Assembly: GCA_034669905.1 (NCBI GenBank)
Contig: JAXMOL010000037.1
Location: 12,258-76,257 of the forward strand
DNA length: 64,000 nucleotides
Direction: 5' to 3'
Source: Candidatus Hydrogenedentota bacterium
Lineage (GTDB): Bacteria > Hydrogenedentota > Hydrogenedentia > Hydrogenedentales > JAEUWI01
Both the position numbers and the translations under genes were made by a program. How positions within the stretch are numbered: position 1 is the first letter of the stretch; the number at the start of each line of letters is the position of its first letter. This document shows positions 36,780 through 47,445 of the stretch, piece by piece. A model generated the notes under the pieces. The model did no database searches, was not told where the DNA came from, and worked only from the letters and a program-made list of their open reading frames with translations.

Positions 36780-38075
36780 CTAGAAGAAGTAACGTCCGAA
36801 GAAGGAGCCGATGCCATGCACCACCGTGCCAATGGCGCCACGGCGCACTTCGATGCGTCCATTGCGTGCCGCTGCCCGGTACTCGAAGCCATGACGCGCC
36901 ACACCCACCACGGGCGTGAAGGACGACGACTGGACCGGTTGGGGCATGAGGTCAATACCGTCGGGCAGTCCCCGGCGGGCCGGCACCTGGAAGACCGCTT
37001 CGGCCAGCCGCTCCTGATTGCGGATGGCGGCGGCGCCCCCGGTCAGGATGATGCCCCGGACGAGGTGTTTGGAGAGTCCCCGGGAGTTAATGTATTGGTG
37101 GACCTTCTGGAGCAGTTCCCGAGAACGCTCATAGATGATCATTTCGAGCACATCCCGATCCACGATGGCGGGGGCCCCGTGGACGGCACTCTTGAGCTTA
37201 ATCTGGGGGGAGCGGCCCGATGTGTTTTCGTCCGTCACGTCGTCGGTGTCGACTTCCTCGTCCATCTCCCGCTGGATGAGGGCTTCTGACAGGCCGTATT
37301 CGAGGACCAGTTCATCGGCCTCTTCGAAGGAGACATGGAGCCCTGCGGCGACGTCGCGGGTGATATGAAAGCCACCCCAATCGAAGCACTGGGTGGTGAG
37401 GATACGGCGGTCCCGGTACATGGCGAGGCTGGTGGTGCTCCGTCCCATGTCGAGGATGGCGACGCCCAACTCCCGGTCTTCGGGGGTGAGACACCCGAGG
37501 CCAGCGGCGAGGGGCAGGAAGACCATGTCTTCCAGCTCGCGGCCCTGGGATTCGATGCAGGTGACGATATTGTCTTCGATGACCGAAGGGATTTGTGCGA
37601 AGTGGACCCGGGTCTTGAGGATGCTGCCGCGAATGCCCACGGGATCGCTGACCCGCAGGTCGTCGACATACCACTCCTGCGAGGTAATGGAAGAGATGAC
37701 GTGTTTGCCCGGCGCGAGGATATCGCGGGACGCGAGATCGAGGGCTTCTTCCAGGTGGGGCAGTTCGACGACGTCTCGGTCGAGTTTTACGTTACCTTCG
37801 CGTATGAAGGATTCCACGTTGGTGCCGCTGAGGCCGCAGAAGAGGGAAGCGACCTTCACACCGGCTTCTTTCTCGGCAGCGTGGAGGGCTTGTTTCAGGG
37901 CACGCTGGGCCGCACTCAGATCCTGGATAAGGCCCTGGGAGACACAGCCGCGCCCCTGGGCAATGCCGTGGCCCAGAATCTGCACGGTACCGTCATGGCC
38001 TTCCAGCGCGATAATGACGCGGACTTCACGGGAGCCGAAATCTACGGCCCCGACAATCTCACCTTTTCTGGCCAC
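36780..38075 (-). CDS. ftsA: Cell division protein FtsA (actin-like ATPase)
   Basis: Phosphate-1 motif AVDFGSREVRV, SHS2 insert, and ILTGGAA adenosine motif. 431 aa. Confidence 0.85.
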   Translation of the reverse strand: MARKGEIVGAVDFGSREVRVIIALEGHDGTVQILGHGIAQGRGCVSQGLIQDLSAAQRALKQALHAAEKEAGVKVASLFCGLSGTNVESFIREGNVKLDRDVVELPHLEEALDLASRDILAPGKHVISSITSQEWYVDDLRVSDPVGIRGSILKTRVHFAQIPSVIEDNIVTCIESQGRELEDMVFLPLAAGLGCLTPEDRELGVAILDMGRSTTSLAMYRDRRILTTQCFDWGGFHITRDVAAGLHVSFEEADELVLEYGLSEALIQREMDEEVDTDDVTDENTSGRSPQIKLKSAVHGAPAIVDRDVLEMIIYERSRELLQKVHQYINSRGLSKHLVRGIILTGGAAAIRNQERLAEAVFQVPARRGLPDGIDLMPQPVQSSSFTPVVGVARHGFEYRAAARNGRIEVRRGAIGTVVHGIGSFFGRYFF

Positions 38076-38156
38076 GATGCGGCCCTTTCTTCCTGTTAGG
38101 TAGCTGCCCGTTGCCGTGTGGCCTATCGGGTCGGATCACCGGTCACTTCGAGATAC

Positions 38157-40049
38157 TTATTCCCCGTGTTCGTCATGTCCATCGTGGTGTTCCCCCGAAT
38201 CCGACGCCTCTGATTCCGGAGTCTCGGGCCCGTCCTCTGCCGGGGGCTCGCCACCCCCCATGAGGGCAATGGTTTTTTCAATATCGGCTACCGAGCTTTC
38301 CCGGTTGGCGAGTTCTTTGTGAATGGCTTCCAGATCCGCTTCATGGGTGCCGCCACGGGCGTGGAGTTTTTCTACACGCTCCCGGGCACTGTCCAGATTC
38401 TCACGGGCACCGCCCTCTTCTTCCTGAAGTGCGTCGATTTCAGCCTGCATCCGGCTTTCTTCGGCCAGGGTGTCATCGAGGGTGGTTTGTCGTTCGGCCA
38501 GGCGCTGGCGTTCTTCTTCGCGACGGGCTTCCAGTTCGGCAATCTGGCGGTCCAGGTCGGCCACGGCACCTTCGACGCCGGCCACTTCTTCGCGAAGTTG
38601 CTGCACGTGTTCCCGCTTGCCATCGAAATCCTGCTGGGATTGGGCAATCTGTTCTTCGAGTGCGCGGAGCCGCTCTTCGGCATCGCTCACCGCCTGTTCG
38701 GCATGGGTGACTTCTTCCACGTTGGCGTCGATCTGCGCCTTGATATCCTGGGCCTTGGCCGCCACCTGTTCGGCTTCGAGGCGGGCCATATTGGCGGCCA
38801 GCTGGAGGGCGAAGACTTTGGCGTCGGATACATTGCCCAAGGCCATCGCCTGTTGGGCCGTCTTCCAGAGGGCTTCCGGTGTGCCGGGTTCGGGCTCCGG
38901 TTCCGCCGGCGGCGCCGGGGCCACGGGGGCCGCTTCCTCCACAACCGGTTCCGGCGTGATTTCTTCCACGGGGAGTTCCGCGGCAGGCGCGCTTTCCACG
39001 GGTGTTTCCTCTACAGGAGCCTCGTCCGCAGGCGCTTCGTCGATCGGTGTTTCCTCAACGGGGTCGGTCGCGCTTTCCACGGAAGGTTCTTCCGCTACGG
39101 GCGCTTCGACAGCTTCGTCTTGCTCACCGCCAAAGGCCGTGCCGAAAAGCTCGTCTTCGGCCGCGGTGGCCGGCGTGGCCGGGGACTCTTCCGCATCGAA
39201 TATAGACGGGGCGTCGGGCGTGTCGGCCGGCTCATCGGCCGTAAAGTCGTTGCTCAGTGAATAGTCGGCTTCCCCGGTGGGGGCGTCGGCCTGCCCGACG
39301 AACTCGTCCAGCTTGGGAGCGGCCGTCAACTCTTCGTCATGGGCCTCGTCGGCCACGGTGCCAAAGGGCGACGGGCTTTCGGGCGGATCCGAGAAGGGGT
39401 CCACATCGTGTGCCGGCATTTCGTCGGAGACCTGATCGAGGGGCGTGGATTCGCCAAAGGTGCCCGCTCCACCCCCGATCAATTCATCAAAGGCGCTGCC
39501 ATTGGCACCGGCGGGTTTTGGGGCCGGTTCCGGCGCGGCTTCCTGGGCGAAGGGGTCTGGCGTCTCAAATTCGTGGCGGGTTAAGTCTTCCACGTCATCG
39601 CCCTGGCTTTCCCGATCCCGTGTGGATTCGTCGTCCACGAGGGTCAGGCCCAGGGTGGCGAGATCATTGAGGGCGCGCTCATAGCGTTCGTGCCATTTTT
39701 TCATGACTCCGGAGCGCACGTTGTCTACGATCAGATCACCCACCATCAGGCAGAGAATTTCGTAGCTGTCCTTCAGGAAGGCGACACAGTCTGCGGCCAT
39801 TCCTGCGTCTTCATAGGTCTGGAGGACACGGGCCGTATCGGTAAGGGCTTCCTTCACGTCGGCCCATCCCTCATTGAGGGCGATTTCGATGCCCACGATG
39901 AGCTGATTCATACACTCGTCGCACCAGTTTTCCTGGGGGGCACCCTCTTCGGCGCGGTTCACCTGGCGCTGGAAACGGCCCAGGGACGTCAAGAGCCGTT
40001 GCGTCGGGTCGCCCGCGACCATGGATTCTTCCGGGGCTGGGGGTGTCAT
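38157..40049 (-). CDS. Hypothetical acidic protein with a long Pro/Glu/Ala-rich disordered linker and a C-terminal coiled coil
   Basis: 631 aa from the ATG at 40049 (GAGGAG six nt upstream). Roughly 30% D/E in the middle region, with heptad-like ELxxR repeats at the C-terminus. The upstream part of the 776-aa track ORF looks non-coding. Confidence 0.6.
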   Translation of the reverse strand: MTPPAPEESMVAGDPTQRLLTSLGRFQRQVNRAEEGAPQENWCDECMNQLIVGIEIALNEGWADVKEALTDTARVLQTYEDAGMAADCVAFLKDSYEILCLMVGDLIVDNVRSGVMKKWHERYERALNDLATLGLTLVDDESTRDRESQGDDVEDLTRHEFETPDPFAQEAAPEPAPKPAGANGSAFDELIGGGAGTFGESTPLDQVSDEMPAHDVDPFSDPPESPSPFGTVADEAHDEELTAAPKLDEFVGQADAPTGEADYSLSNDFTADEPADTPDAPSIFDAEESPATPATAAEDELFGTAFGGEQDEAVEAPVAEEPSVESATDPVEETPIDEAPADEAPVEETPVESAPAAELPVEEITPEPVVEEAAPVAPAPPAEPEPEPGTPEALWKTAQQAMALGNVSDAKVFALQLAANMARLEAEQVAAKAQDIKAQIDANVEEVTHAEQAVSDAEERLRALEEQIAQSQQDFDGKREHVQQLREEVAGVEGAVADLDRQIAELEARREEERQRLAERQTTLDDTLAEESRMQAEIDALQEEEGGARENLDSARERVEKLHARGGTHEADLEAIHKELANRESSVADIEKTIALMGGGEPPAEDGPETPESEASDSGEHHDGHDEHGE

Positions 40050-40480
40050 GACCATCTCCTCATCATAGGTGTCTTCCGGCGTCGGGGCCGGGGCCAGGGG
40101 GCTGGGGGTGTCGTTCGTGGCACGTTCACCAAAAAAACGACGGCCCGCCGCCGCCAGATTTCGGGTCTTCTTTCCAAATCGCACCGTGTGCACCTCCAAA
40201 CGGCCATTGTAACACAGGCATGATAGGGAGGCAATACATGTTGTGGTTTGGGCCTCCATACCGTAAGCTATCATACCAAATAGGCGCGCCGCGATGGTGT
40301 GCGTGCCTGCGTCCGGCTCATTGACCCCGTTGGGCTTTCGGCGAGAGGGGCCCGGCAAGGGCACCGTAAGTCCGTGTCGACCGCGTTTGGAGACCGGTTT
40401 GGGGGTCGGTAGTTCGGGCAGTAGGAAGGGGCGTTTGATAGCCTTTTGATCGTGGCGAGGTGGGCGATGGGGAGGGGAAT

Positions 40481-40510
40481 TTGACAAAGGCGGTGATCAG
40501 TCGGTATGAT
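40481..40510 (+). promoter_or_regulatory. Candidate sigma70-type promoter of rpsD (TTGACA, 18 bp spacer, TATGAT) giving a ~130 nt leader
   Basis: Consensus -35 and near-consensus -10. The distance to the ATG at 40640 is consistent with an S4 autoregulatory leader. Confidence 0.4.
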
Positions 40511-40639
40511 ACGCAACTCTTCAAATATGGCAGGGACAAGTATGTCTGATTGCGCCTGCCGAAAACCGATGCATTACCGGATCAGACAGGGCGAAACAAT
40601 TTGTTAGCCCGTCCAACGAAAAGGAAATACGCGAGCGCT

Positions 40640-41248
40640 ATGGGCAAGTATCTTGGACCCAAACACAAACTTTGCCGCCGCCTTGGATCTTGTATCTGGG
40701 GAAGTGCGAAATGCCCCTCTAACAAGCGTCCATACGCCCCCGGACAACACGGTCAGAACATGCGCCGGAAGATGTCTGTCTACGGTGTGCAGCTGTTAGA
40801 GAAGCAGAAAATCCGTACGCACTACGGTCTGATGGAACGTCAGATGCGTAAGACGTTCAAAGAAGCCCAACGTATGGGTGGTGTTACGGGTACGAACCTG
40901 CTGATGCTTCTGGAATCCCGTTTGGATTGCATTTGCTTCCGTCTTGGCTACGCCCCCACCATCTCCGGTGCCCGGCAGCTGGTCAACCACGGCCACATCC
41001 TGGTCGACGGCAAGAAGGTGGACATTCCTTCTTTCCGCGTGAAGCCCGGCATGACGATTGGCATCCGTGAGCGGAGCAAGAAGGTTCCGGTCATCATGGA
41101 AGGCGTGGAGCATCCTCCCGTGGCGATTCCGGAATACCTGGATCGTCCCGCGAAGTCTTTCGAAGGCCGCATGACTGCCGTACCGAATGCAGAAACCCTC
41201 CCCTTCCAGCCGGAAACGGCCGGGGTCATTGGTTTCTATTCCCGCTAA
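40640..41248 (+). CDS. rpsD: 30S ribosomal protein S4
   Basis: MGKYLGPKHKLCRRLG... S4 N-terminal zinc-ribbon-like region and S4 RNA-binding domain. 202 aa. Confidence 0.95.
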   Translation: MGKYLGPKHKLCRRLGSCIWGSAKCPSNKRPYAPGQHGQNMRRKMSVYGVQLLEKQKIRTHYGLMERQMRKTFKEAQRMGGVTGTNLLMLLESRLDCICFRLGYAPTISGARQLVNHGHILVDGKKVDIPSFRVKPGMTIGIRERSKKVPVIMEGVEHPPVAIPEYLDRPAKSFEGRMTAVPNAETLPFQPETAGVIGFYSR

Positions 41249-41281
41249 TCGGGATTGTCATAGCAGACAGCCATATTCCAT

Positions 41282-41319
41282 GCGGCGGGCCCCTTATTTG
41301 AGTGGCCCGCCGGTTTTTG
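41282..41319 (+). terminator. Rho-independent terminator after rpsD
   Basis: GCGGCGGGCC-ccttatttgagt-GGCCCGCCG followed by GTTTTTG. Confidence 0.8.
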
Positions 41320-41374
41320 TGTGCCCCTACGCGGGTGGAATCGAAATTTGAGCGCGAAGCGCAGAGATCGAAAC

Positions 41375-42649
41375 ATGAGCATTGACATCGTTGTGGGCGC
41401 CAATTGGGGCGATGAAGGTAAGGGGCGGATGGTAGATTACCTCGCCCAGAATGCAGATTACGTGGTGCGGTTCCAGGGCGGCAACAACGCCGGCCATACC
41501 GTGGTCAATGAATTCGGCACCTTCAAGCTTCACCTTCTGCCCTCGGGCGTGTTCAATCCCAAGGTCACCAATATCCTGGGGCCGGGCATGGTCATCGATC
41601 TGCAGGGACTCGCCGAAGAATTGGCGGACCTCAAGTCCCGGGGGATTTCTCCCACGATTCGTGTGTCGGATCGGGCGACGATCTGCTTTCCCTTCCACCG
41701 GCTGCAGGATGGCTGGGAAGAGGAGCGGCTGGGTGCCAAGGCCTATGGCTCGACGCGCCGTGGCATTGCGCCGGCCTACGGGGATCGCACGGTAAAAAAG
41801 GGCATCCAGATCGGCGAATTGCTCTATCCCGAACGCCTGAAAGAGCGTTTGGCCCACATCATCGAATACAAGGAACTCCAATCTTCTCTCTATGGGAAGA
41901 ATGGGGCCATCAGCCTCGAAGAAACCCTCGCCTGGGTCGATAAATATGGGGCGGCCGTCCGCGATATGATCTGCGATACCACGGTGCTCCTCGATGACGC
42001 CGCAAAAGCCGGCAAAAACATTCTTTTCGAAGCCCAGCTCGGCACGCTCCGTGACCTGAACTTCGGTATTTACCCCTACACCACCTCCTCCTGCGCGCTT
42101 GCCGCCTATGCGCCCGTCGGTGGCGGCCTCTTCGGTCACAATCTTGATCGGGTGCTGGGTGTGGTCAAGGCCTTCTCGACCTGCGTCGGCGAAGGCCCCT
42201 TCGTCACGCGGATGGATGAGAGCGACGGCGATACGCTCCGTGAAACGGCGGAAGAGTATGGCGCGGCAACCGGGCGTCCCCGGACCATTGGCCATTTCGA
42301 TTCCGTGGCTACGCGCTATGGCGTGCGCATCCAGGGGGCGACGGAAGTGGCCCTGACCAAGCTGGACAGTCTGAGCGGTCTGTCGACCCTGAAAATCTGC
42401 AAGCAGTATGATTTCAAGGGCGAGAAGATCGACAATTTCCCCATCAATGCCGTGTTGGATGAGTCCACGCCCGTGTATATGGAGATGCCCGGCTGGGCGG
42501 AAGACATTACCAAGGTACGGACTTTCAGTGACCTGCCCCAGACCGCACAGGACTACGTGCTCGAAATCGAGAAGCAGATTGCCTGTCGCATTCGCTACGT
42601 GTCGGTTGGCCCCGAGCGGGAATCGCTCATCGACCGCGGCGAAGGCTGA
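41375..42649 (+). CDS. purA: Adenylosuccinate synthetase
   Basis: N-terminal GANWGDEGKGR P-loop, GGNNAGHT, and a conserved C-terminal region. Confidence 0.95.
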   Translation: MSIDIVVGANWGDEGKGRMVDYLAQNADYVVRFQGGNNAGHTVVNEFGTFKLHLLPSGVFNPKVTNILGPGMVIDLQGLAEELADLKSRGISPTIRVSDRATICFPFHRLQDGWEEERLGAKAYGSTRRGIAPAYGDRTVKKGIQIGELLYPERLKERLAHIIEYKELQSSLYGKNGAISLEETLAWVDKYGAAVRDMICDTTVLLDDAAKAGKNILFEAQLGTLRDLNFGIYPYTTSSCALAAYAPVGGGLFGHNLDRVLGVVKAFSTCVGEGPFVTRMDESDGDTLRETAEEYGAATGRPRTIGHFDSVATRYGVRIQGATEVALTKLDSLSGLSTLKICKQYDFKGEKIDNFPINAVLDESTPVYMEMPGWAEDITKVRTFSDLPQTAQDYVLEIEKQIACRIRYVSVGPERESLIDRGEG

Positions 42650-42772
42650 GACGACCGGGGATTACGGACACGGGGCATTGCGGCGTGGATGCGTTGGCCC
42701 CCGGCCCCACCACGGGGGCGTGCGGTCCGTCTGCCATCCGGGCGATGAAACCAGAGACCGGAAACGAAAATC

Positions 42773-45700
42773 ATGGCGGTAGCCTTACCCACATTCAGTC
42801 GGGTGGAAGAGATTGCGCAGCAACTGCGGCGCAACGATACGCCCCATGTCGAAATCGTGGGGCCCTGGGGTTCGGGTAAGACCCTGATGGCGCTTCAGGT
42901 GGCGGCCCAGCTCAAGGCGCCGCTCCTTTTTCTGACGGCGGGGCGACTCGAGGCCGAGGGCATTCATGATGATTTGAGCACCTTCGGGGACGAAGATGAG
43001 TCGGCCCTTTTTCCTGCCTGGGAAGTCCTGCCCAGCGATACCATGAATCCGGCGGACGACATCGTCGCCGAACGCATGAACACCCTCAAACGCCTTTCGG
43101 CCGCACAGGATGCCGGTACCCCAATGCGCGCGGTAGCGCCCTTGCGTGCCCTGCTCCAGTATGTGGTGAACCGCAAACGGCTCGCCGAAGACAGCATGAT
43201 TCTCGCGGTGGGCGAAGAATACGAATTGGATACCCTGCTGACCCGCTTCGTTTCCATGGGCTACAACCGGGAAACCATGGTGGAGCACCGGGGAGATATC
43301 AGTGTCCGCGGCGGCATTCTCGATGTCTTTCCCATCTCCAGCGAGCTGCCCTACCGGGTCGAGTTTTTTGGTGATGAGATCGATTCCATTCGTCGCTTCG
43401 AGCCGGAGACCCAGCGCAGTGTCTCTCAGGAAGACGAACTGCAGATTCTTCCCCGTTCGGAAAAGGCCCTGCTCTCGGGGCATGGTGCGGCGGATCAGTT
43501 TACGGCCCTGACGGACTACTTTCCCAAAGAAACGATCATTGTGCTCGATGAGCCCCTGCGCCTCGAAGAGACGGCCCAGGAGCTGACGGAGCAGTTGCAC
43601 GGCAGCGCCCACCATCTCCCCTGGGATGAGGCGAAGGAAAAGCTGGCCAAGTTCAAACAGATCCGCATTGCCCAGATTGGTTATGAGCGGCAGGATGACG
43701 CACCCCGTTTCAACCTGCCCATGCAATCCATCACCGGGTGGGCCGGTCACAGTGGGGACTTCTGGGAGCAACTCAAGCATTGGGACCTGGAAGGGTTTAC
43801 GGTGCAGTTGCTGTGTGTAAACACGGGGGAACGCCGGCGTCTGTTTGAGTTGCTTGAAGAGCAGGGTTATCGCCCCGGCGAGGACGCCTTCGATCTTCGG
43901 GTGTCTATCGGGCGACTCCAGGCGGGCTTTACGGCCAACGCGGAGAAGCTCGCCGTCCTCAGTGAACGGGAAATGTTTGGCCGTCACTATATGCGGCGGA
44001 AACGCCGGCGTTTCGAAGCGGGCCAGACCATCACCCAGTTCAGCGACCTCAAAGTGGGGGATTACATCGTCCACGTGGACAACGGGATCGGGCGCTATGT
44101 GGGGCTCCGTCGAATTCAGGGCAAAATGGGCGACTATATGACGATCCAGTATGCGGGGAGCGATGTGATGTACATCCCCGTATCCCAGATCGACACGGTG
44201 CAGAAGTATTCCGGGGGCGACGGGGCCGTGCCCAAGGTAGATCGTCTGGGAGGCAAGACGTGGGCCAAGAAAAAGGCCAGCGTCAAGAAGGCGGTCAAGG
44301 ATATGACCGAGGAGCTTGTGAAGCTCTATGCCGCCCGGGAAGAAAACGACGGCCATGCCTTCATGCCCGACACCCCCTGGCAACGGGAATTTGAAGACGC
44401 CTTTGAATACGATGAGACGCCCGATCAGGCCCGGGCCATTGATGATATCAAGCGCGATATGGAGTCCCCCCGGCCCATGGATCGCCTGCTTTGCGGCGAT
44501 GTGGGTTATGGTAAGACCGAAGTGGCCCTGCGCGCGGCTTTCAAGGCGGTGATGGACGGGAAGCAGGTGGCCATGTTGGCACCCACGACCGTCTTGACCC
44601 AACAGCACTTTCAGACCTTCAGCGAGCGCATGGCCGACTTTCCGGTGCGCATTGGTTTGTTGAACCGTTTTCGGACGGCCAAGCAGCAGCGTGAAACCAT
44701 CGACCAGGTGAAGGCGGGCGAGATTGATGTGCTGGTAGGCACGCACCGCCTCACGTCGAAGGATGTAAATTTTAAAGACCTGGGCCTTGTGATTATCGAC
44801 GAGGAACAGCGCTTTGGCGTGGCGGTGAAAGAGCGCCTCAAACAGCTCCGGATCCACGTCGACGTCTTGACCCTTTCGGCCACACCCATTCCCCGTACCC
44901 TGCACTTTTCGCTCATTGGGGTGCGTGATATGAGCCTGATCAACACGGCACCCAATGACCGCTTGCCCATCCACACCGCCATCGAAGCGTGGGATTCACG
45001 GGTGGTGCAGGAGGCCATCACGCGCGAACTGGCCCGGGAAGGGCAGGTATTCTTTCTGCATAACCGGGTCCAGACCATTGATCGGGTGGCCGCCCAGATT
45101 AACAAGCTGGTCCCCCGGGCGCGGGTGGGAATCGGGCATGGTCAAATGGCCAAGCACGAACTCGAAGATATCATGTCGGATTTCATCCACAAGAAGATTG
45201 ACGTCCTCGTGTGCACGACCATTATCGGGTCGGGTATTGATATTCCCAACGCCAACACCATTATTGTGGACCGGGCCGACACCTTTGGGCTGGGTGAGTT
45301 GTATCAGATCCGTGGCCGGGTCGGCCGTTATAAGCACCGGGCCTTTGCCTACCTGCTGATACCGGGGGATAAGGCTTTGAGTGAAGACGCCCAGCAGCGC
45401 CTCAAGGCCCTCGAAGACTTTTCCTCCCTCGGCTCAGGCTTTCGGATTGCCATGCGCGACCTGGAGATCCGCGGTTGCGGTAACATTCTCGGCGCCGAGC
45501 AGAGTGGCAGTATTGCCGCGGTGGGTTACGAGACCTACAAGGACCTGATTGCCGAGGCCATCGCGGAGCACAAGGGGCAGCCCATCCGCAAGCGGAATCT
45601 GCCGCCCTTCGACCTTCAGATTGACACCTATATCCCCGATGCCTATGTGGCGACGGCCCAGCAGAAGATGACCCTCTACCGCCGTATCGCCGGGGTCCAG

Positions 45701-46036
45701 TCGCCCGAAGAAGTGGCCGAGCTGCGCGCCGAGTTGAAAGACCGTTTCGGACCGCCGCCCGGGCCGGTGCGCCGCCTGCTCGACGTGATGCATGTGCGTG
45801 CCCTGGCGGGTGAGGCGGGCATCAAAGGGGTGGTGGCGACCCAGAAGAACGTGGTGCTCCGCTTTGAGGCGAGCCGCTTTCCCGATAAGCAGATGCAGAA
45901 TCGGCTCTACCAGAAGTTCGGCGATGCCCTCGAGTTCTCGTGGCGCGATGACCCGGCCATTACCTGTGCGGTCGATGAAAGCAGCGGTGACGCCTGTGCC
46001 ACGGCGGCGGCCCTCCTGACCGAACTGGTGGAGTAG
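42773..46036 (+). CDS. mfd: Transcription-repair coupling factor Mfd
   Basis: 1087 aa. UvrB-homology N-terminus, RNAP-interaction domain, and superfamily-2 helicase motifs (GDVGYGKTEVA, DEEQRFGV, TRCF C-terminal domain). Confidence 0.95.
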   Translation: MAVALPTFSRVEEIAQQLRRNDTPHVEIVGPWGSGKTLMALQVAAQLKAPLLFLTAGRLEAEGIHDDLSTFGDEDESALFPAWEVLPSDTMNPADDIVAERMNTLKRLSAAQDAGTPMRAVAPLRALLQYVVNRKRLAEDSMILAVGEEYELDTLLTRFVSMGYNRETMVEHRGDISVRGGILDVFPISSELPYRVEFFGDEIDSIRRFEPETQRSVSQEDELQILPRSEKALLSGHGAADQFTALTDYFPKETIIVLDEPLRLEETAQELTEQLHGSAHHLPWDEAKEKLAKFKQIRIAQIGYERQDDAPRFNLPMQSITGWAGHSGDFWEQLKHWDLEGFTVQLLCVNTGERRRLFELLEEQGYRPGEDAFDLRVSIGRLQAGFTANAEKLAVLSEREMFGRHYMRRKRRRFEAGQTITQFSDLKVGDYIVHVDNGIGRYVGLRRIQGKMGDYMTIQYAGSDVMYIPVSQIDTVQKYSGGDGAVPKVDRLGGKTWAKKKASVKKAVKDMTEELVKLYAAREENDGHAFMPDTPWQREFEDAFEYDETPDQARAIDDIKRDMESPRPMDRLLCGDVGYGKTEVALRAAFKAVMDGKQVAMLAPTTVLTQQHFQTFSERMADFPVRIGLLNRFRTAKQQRETIDQVKAGEIDVLVGTHRLTSKDVNFKDLGLVIIDEEQRFGVAVKERLKQLRIHVDVLTLSATPIPRTLHFSLIGVRDMSLINTAPNDRLPIHTAIEAWDSRVVQEAITRELAREGQVFFLHNRVQTIDRVAAQINKLVPRARVGIGHGQMAKHELEDIMSDFIHKKIDVLVCTTIIGSGIDIPNANTIIVDRADTFGLGELYQIRGRVGRYKHRAFAYLLIPGDKALSEDAQQRLKALEDFSSLGSGFRIAMRDLEIRGCGNILGAEQSGSIAAVGYETYKDLIAEAIAEHKGQPIRKRNLPPFDLQIDTYIPDAYVATAQQKMTLYRRIAGVQSPEEVAELRAELKDRFGPPPGPVRRLLDVMHVRALAGEAGIKGVVATQKNVVLRFEASRFPDKQMQNRLYQKFGDALEFSWRDDPAITCAVDESSGDACATAAALLTELVE

Positions 46037-46134
46037 GGGTACTTACAAAATTCGACATCATACCTGCGGTGTAGTACTGTATGCGGGGATTGAAAACCGG
46101 GTGGAACGCAGGTTCCGAGAGGAGATACTGGCTC

Positions 46135-47268
46135 ATGAAAACGCCTTACCACGCCGCCTGTCTTGGGGCATTTACGGCTGTGATGCTGCTCAGCACCATC
46201 ACGGCCTCAGCAGACAAAGGGAACACCATGGGTATCGAAGTGACGCCCTATGGCACCACCAGCGACGGTGTTGCGGTGCAACAATTCACCCTCACCAACA
46301 CCAACGGGTTGAAGGCCGTGCTCATCGAATATGGCGCGACCCTCGTCTCCCTGGAAACGCCGGACCGGGATGGCACCCTGGCGAACATTACCCTGGGATG
46401 TCCGGATCTGGCGAGTTATGAAGCCAACAGCCCCTACTTCGGGGCCATTGCCGGGCGTTGTGCCAACCGGATTGCCAAGGGGAAATTCACCCTCGAAGGC
46501 ACGGAATACACCCTGGCGATTAACAACGATCCCAACCACCTCCATGGCGGGGTGAAGGGCTTTGACAAAGTCGTTTGGGCGGCGGAAGGGTTCACGACGG
46601 ACAACGGCGTGGGGGTGAGGTTCACCTATGTCAGCAAGGACATGGAAGAGGGCTACCCGGGCACGTTGACGAGTGTGGTGAAATACACCTTGAGCAACGA
46701 CAATAAACTGAGCTTTGACTATGAAGCCACGACGGACAAGGCGACAGTGGTCAATCTGACCCAGCACAGCTATTGGAACCTGGGGGGGCATGGTGCGGGC
46801 ACGATCCTCGACCATGAGCTCATGATTAACGCGGCGAATTATACGCCTGCCGATGAGACCTTTATCCCTACGGGTGAGATTGCCCCGGTGGCGGGTACGC
46901 CCGTGGATTTCACAGCACCCATTGCCATAGGTGCGCGTATCGATCAGGTGCCGGGGGGCTATGACCTGAATTATGTGCTGAACGACACCTCCACCGACCT
47001 GCACCACGCGGCGACCGTTTCAGACCCGAAGACGGGGCGGGTGATGGAGATTCATACGACGGAGCCGGGGATTCAGTTTTACTCGGGTAACTTCCTGGAT
47101 GGCAGTTTCGAAGGTTTAGACGGGGTTATCTATCCCAAGCATAGTGGCTTCTGCCTGGAGACCCAACATTATCCCGACAGCATCAACAAGCCCGAATGGC
47201 CGACCGTGGTGTTGAAGCCCGGCGAAACCTACCGCCACCACACGGTCCACACCTTCACGACGAAGTAA
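46135..47268 (+). CDS. galM: Aldose 1-epimerase (galactose mutarotase), exported
   Basis: Signal peptide. Mutarotase motifs (NxxxHLHGG, EPG/ETQHYPDS catalytic His/Glu region). Confidence 0.8.
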   Translation: MKTPYHAACLGAFTAVMLLSTITASADKGNTMGIEVTPYGTTSDGVAVQQFTLTNTNGLKAVLIEYGATLVSLETPDRDGTLANITLGCPDLASYEANSPYFGAIAGRCANRIAKGKFTLEGTEYTLAINNDPNHLHGGVKGFDKVVWAAEGFTTDNGVGVRFTYVSKDMEEGYPGTLTSVVKYTLSNDNKLSFDYEATTDKATVVNLTQHSYWNLGGHGAGTILDHELMINAANYTPADETFIPTGEIAPVAGTPVDFTAPIAIGARIDQVPGGYDLNYVLNDTSTDLHHAATVSDPKTGRVMEIHTTEPGIQFYSGNFLDGSFEGLDGVIYPKHSGFCLETQHYPDSINKPEWPTVVLKPGETYRHHTVHTFTTK

Positions 47269-47293
47269 GGGGCATTAGCGAAAAGAATTCATC

Positions 47294-47322
47294 GGCAGAC
47301 GCTTCGGCGTCTGCCTTTTTTG
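47294..47322 (+). terminator. Rho-independent terminator after the epimerase gene
   Basis: GGCAGACGC-ttcg-GCGTCTGCC followed by TTTTTT. Confidence 0.8.
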
Positions 47323-47445
47323 TGGGGACTGCCTCCGCGCCGCGACGTTTGGTCGGTGGGGTATGCGTGTTGGCGAACTCGAGGTCGTCGGATTGGGGTA
47401 AAGTGCGTAATAGCGGGGGCCGTCCCCCTCAACAAGAGATACCGG

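Noticed and set aside
38157-40487. The full 776-aa track ORF as the coiled-coil protein
   Set aside because: The upstream 146 codons (40050..40487) are Arg/Pro-rich with no coding character, and they overlap the divergent rpsD promoter. An internal ATG at 40049 has a GAGGAG SD at ideal spacing.
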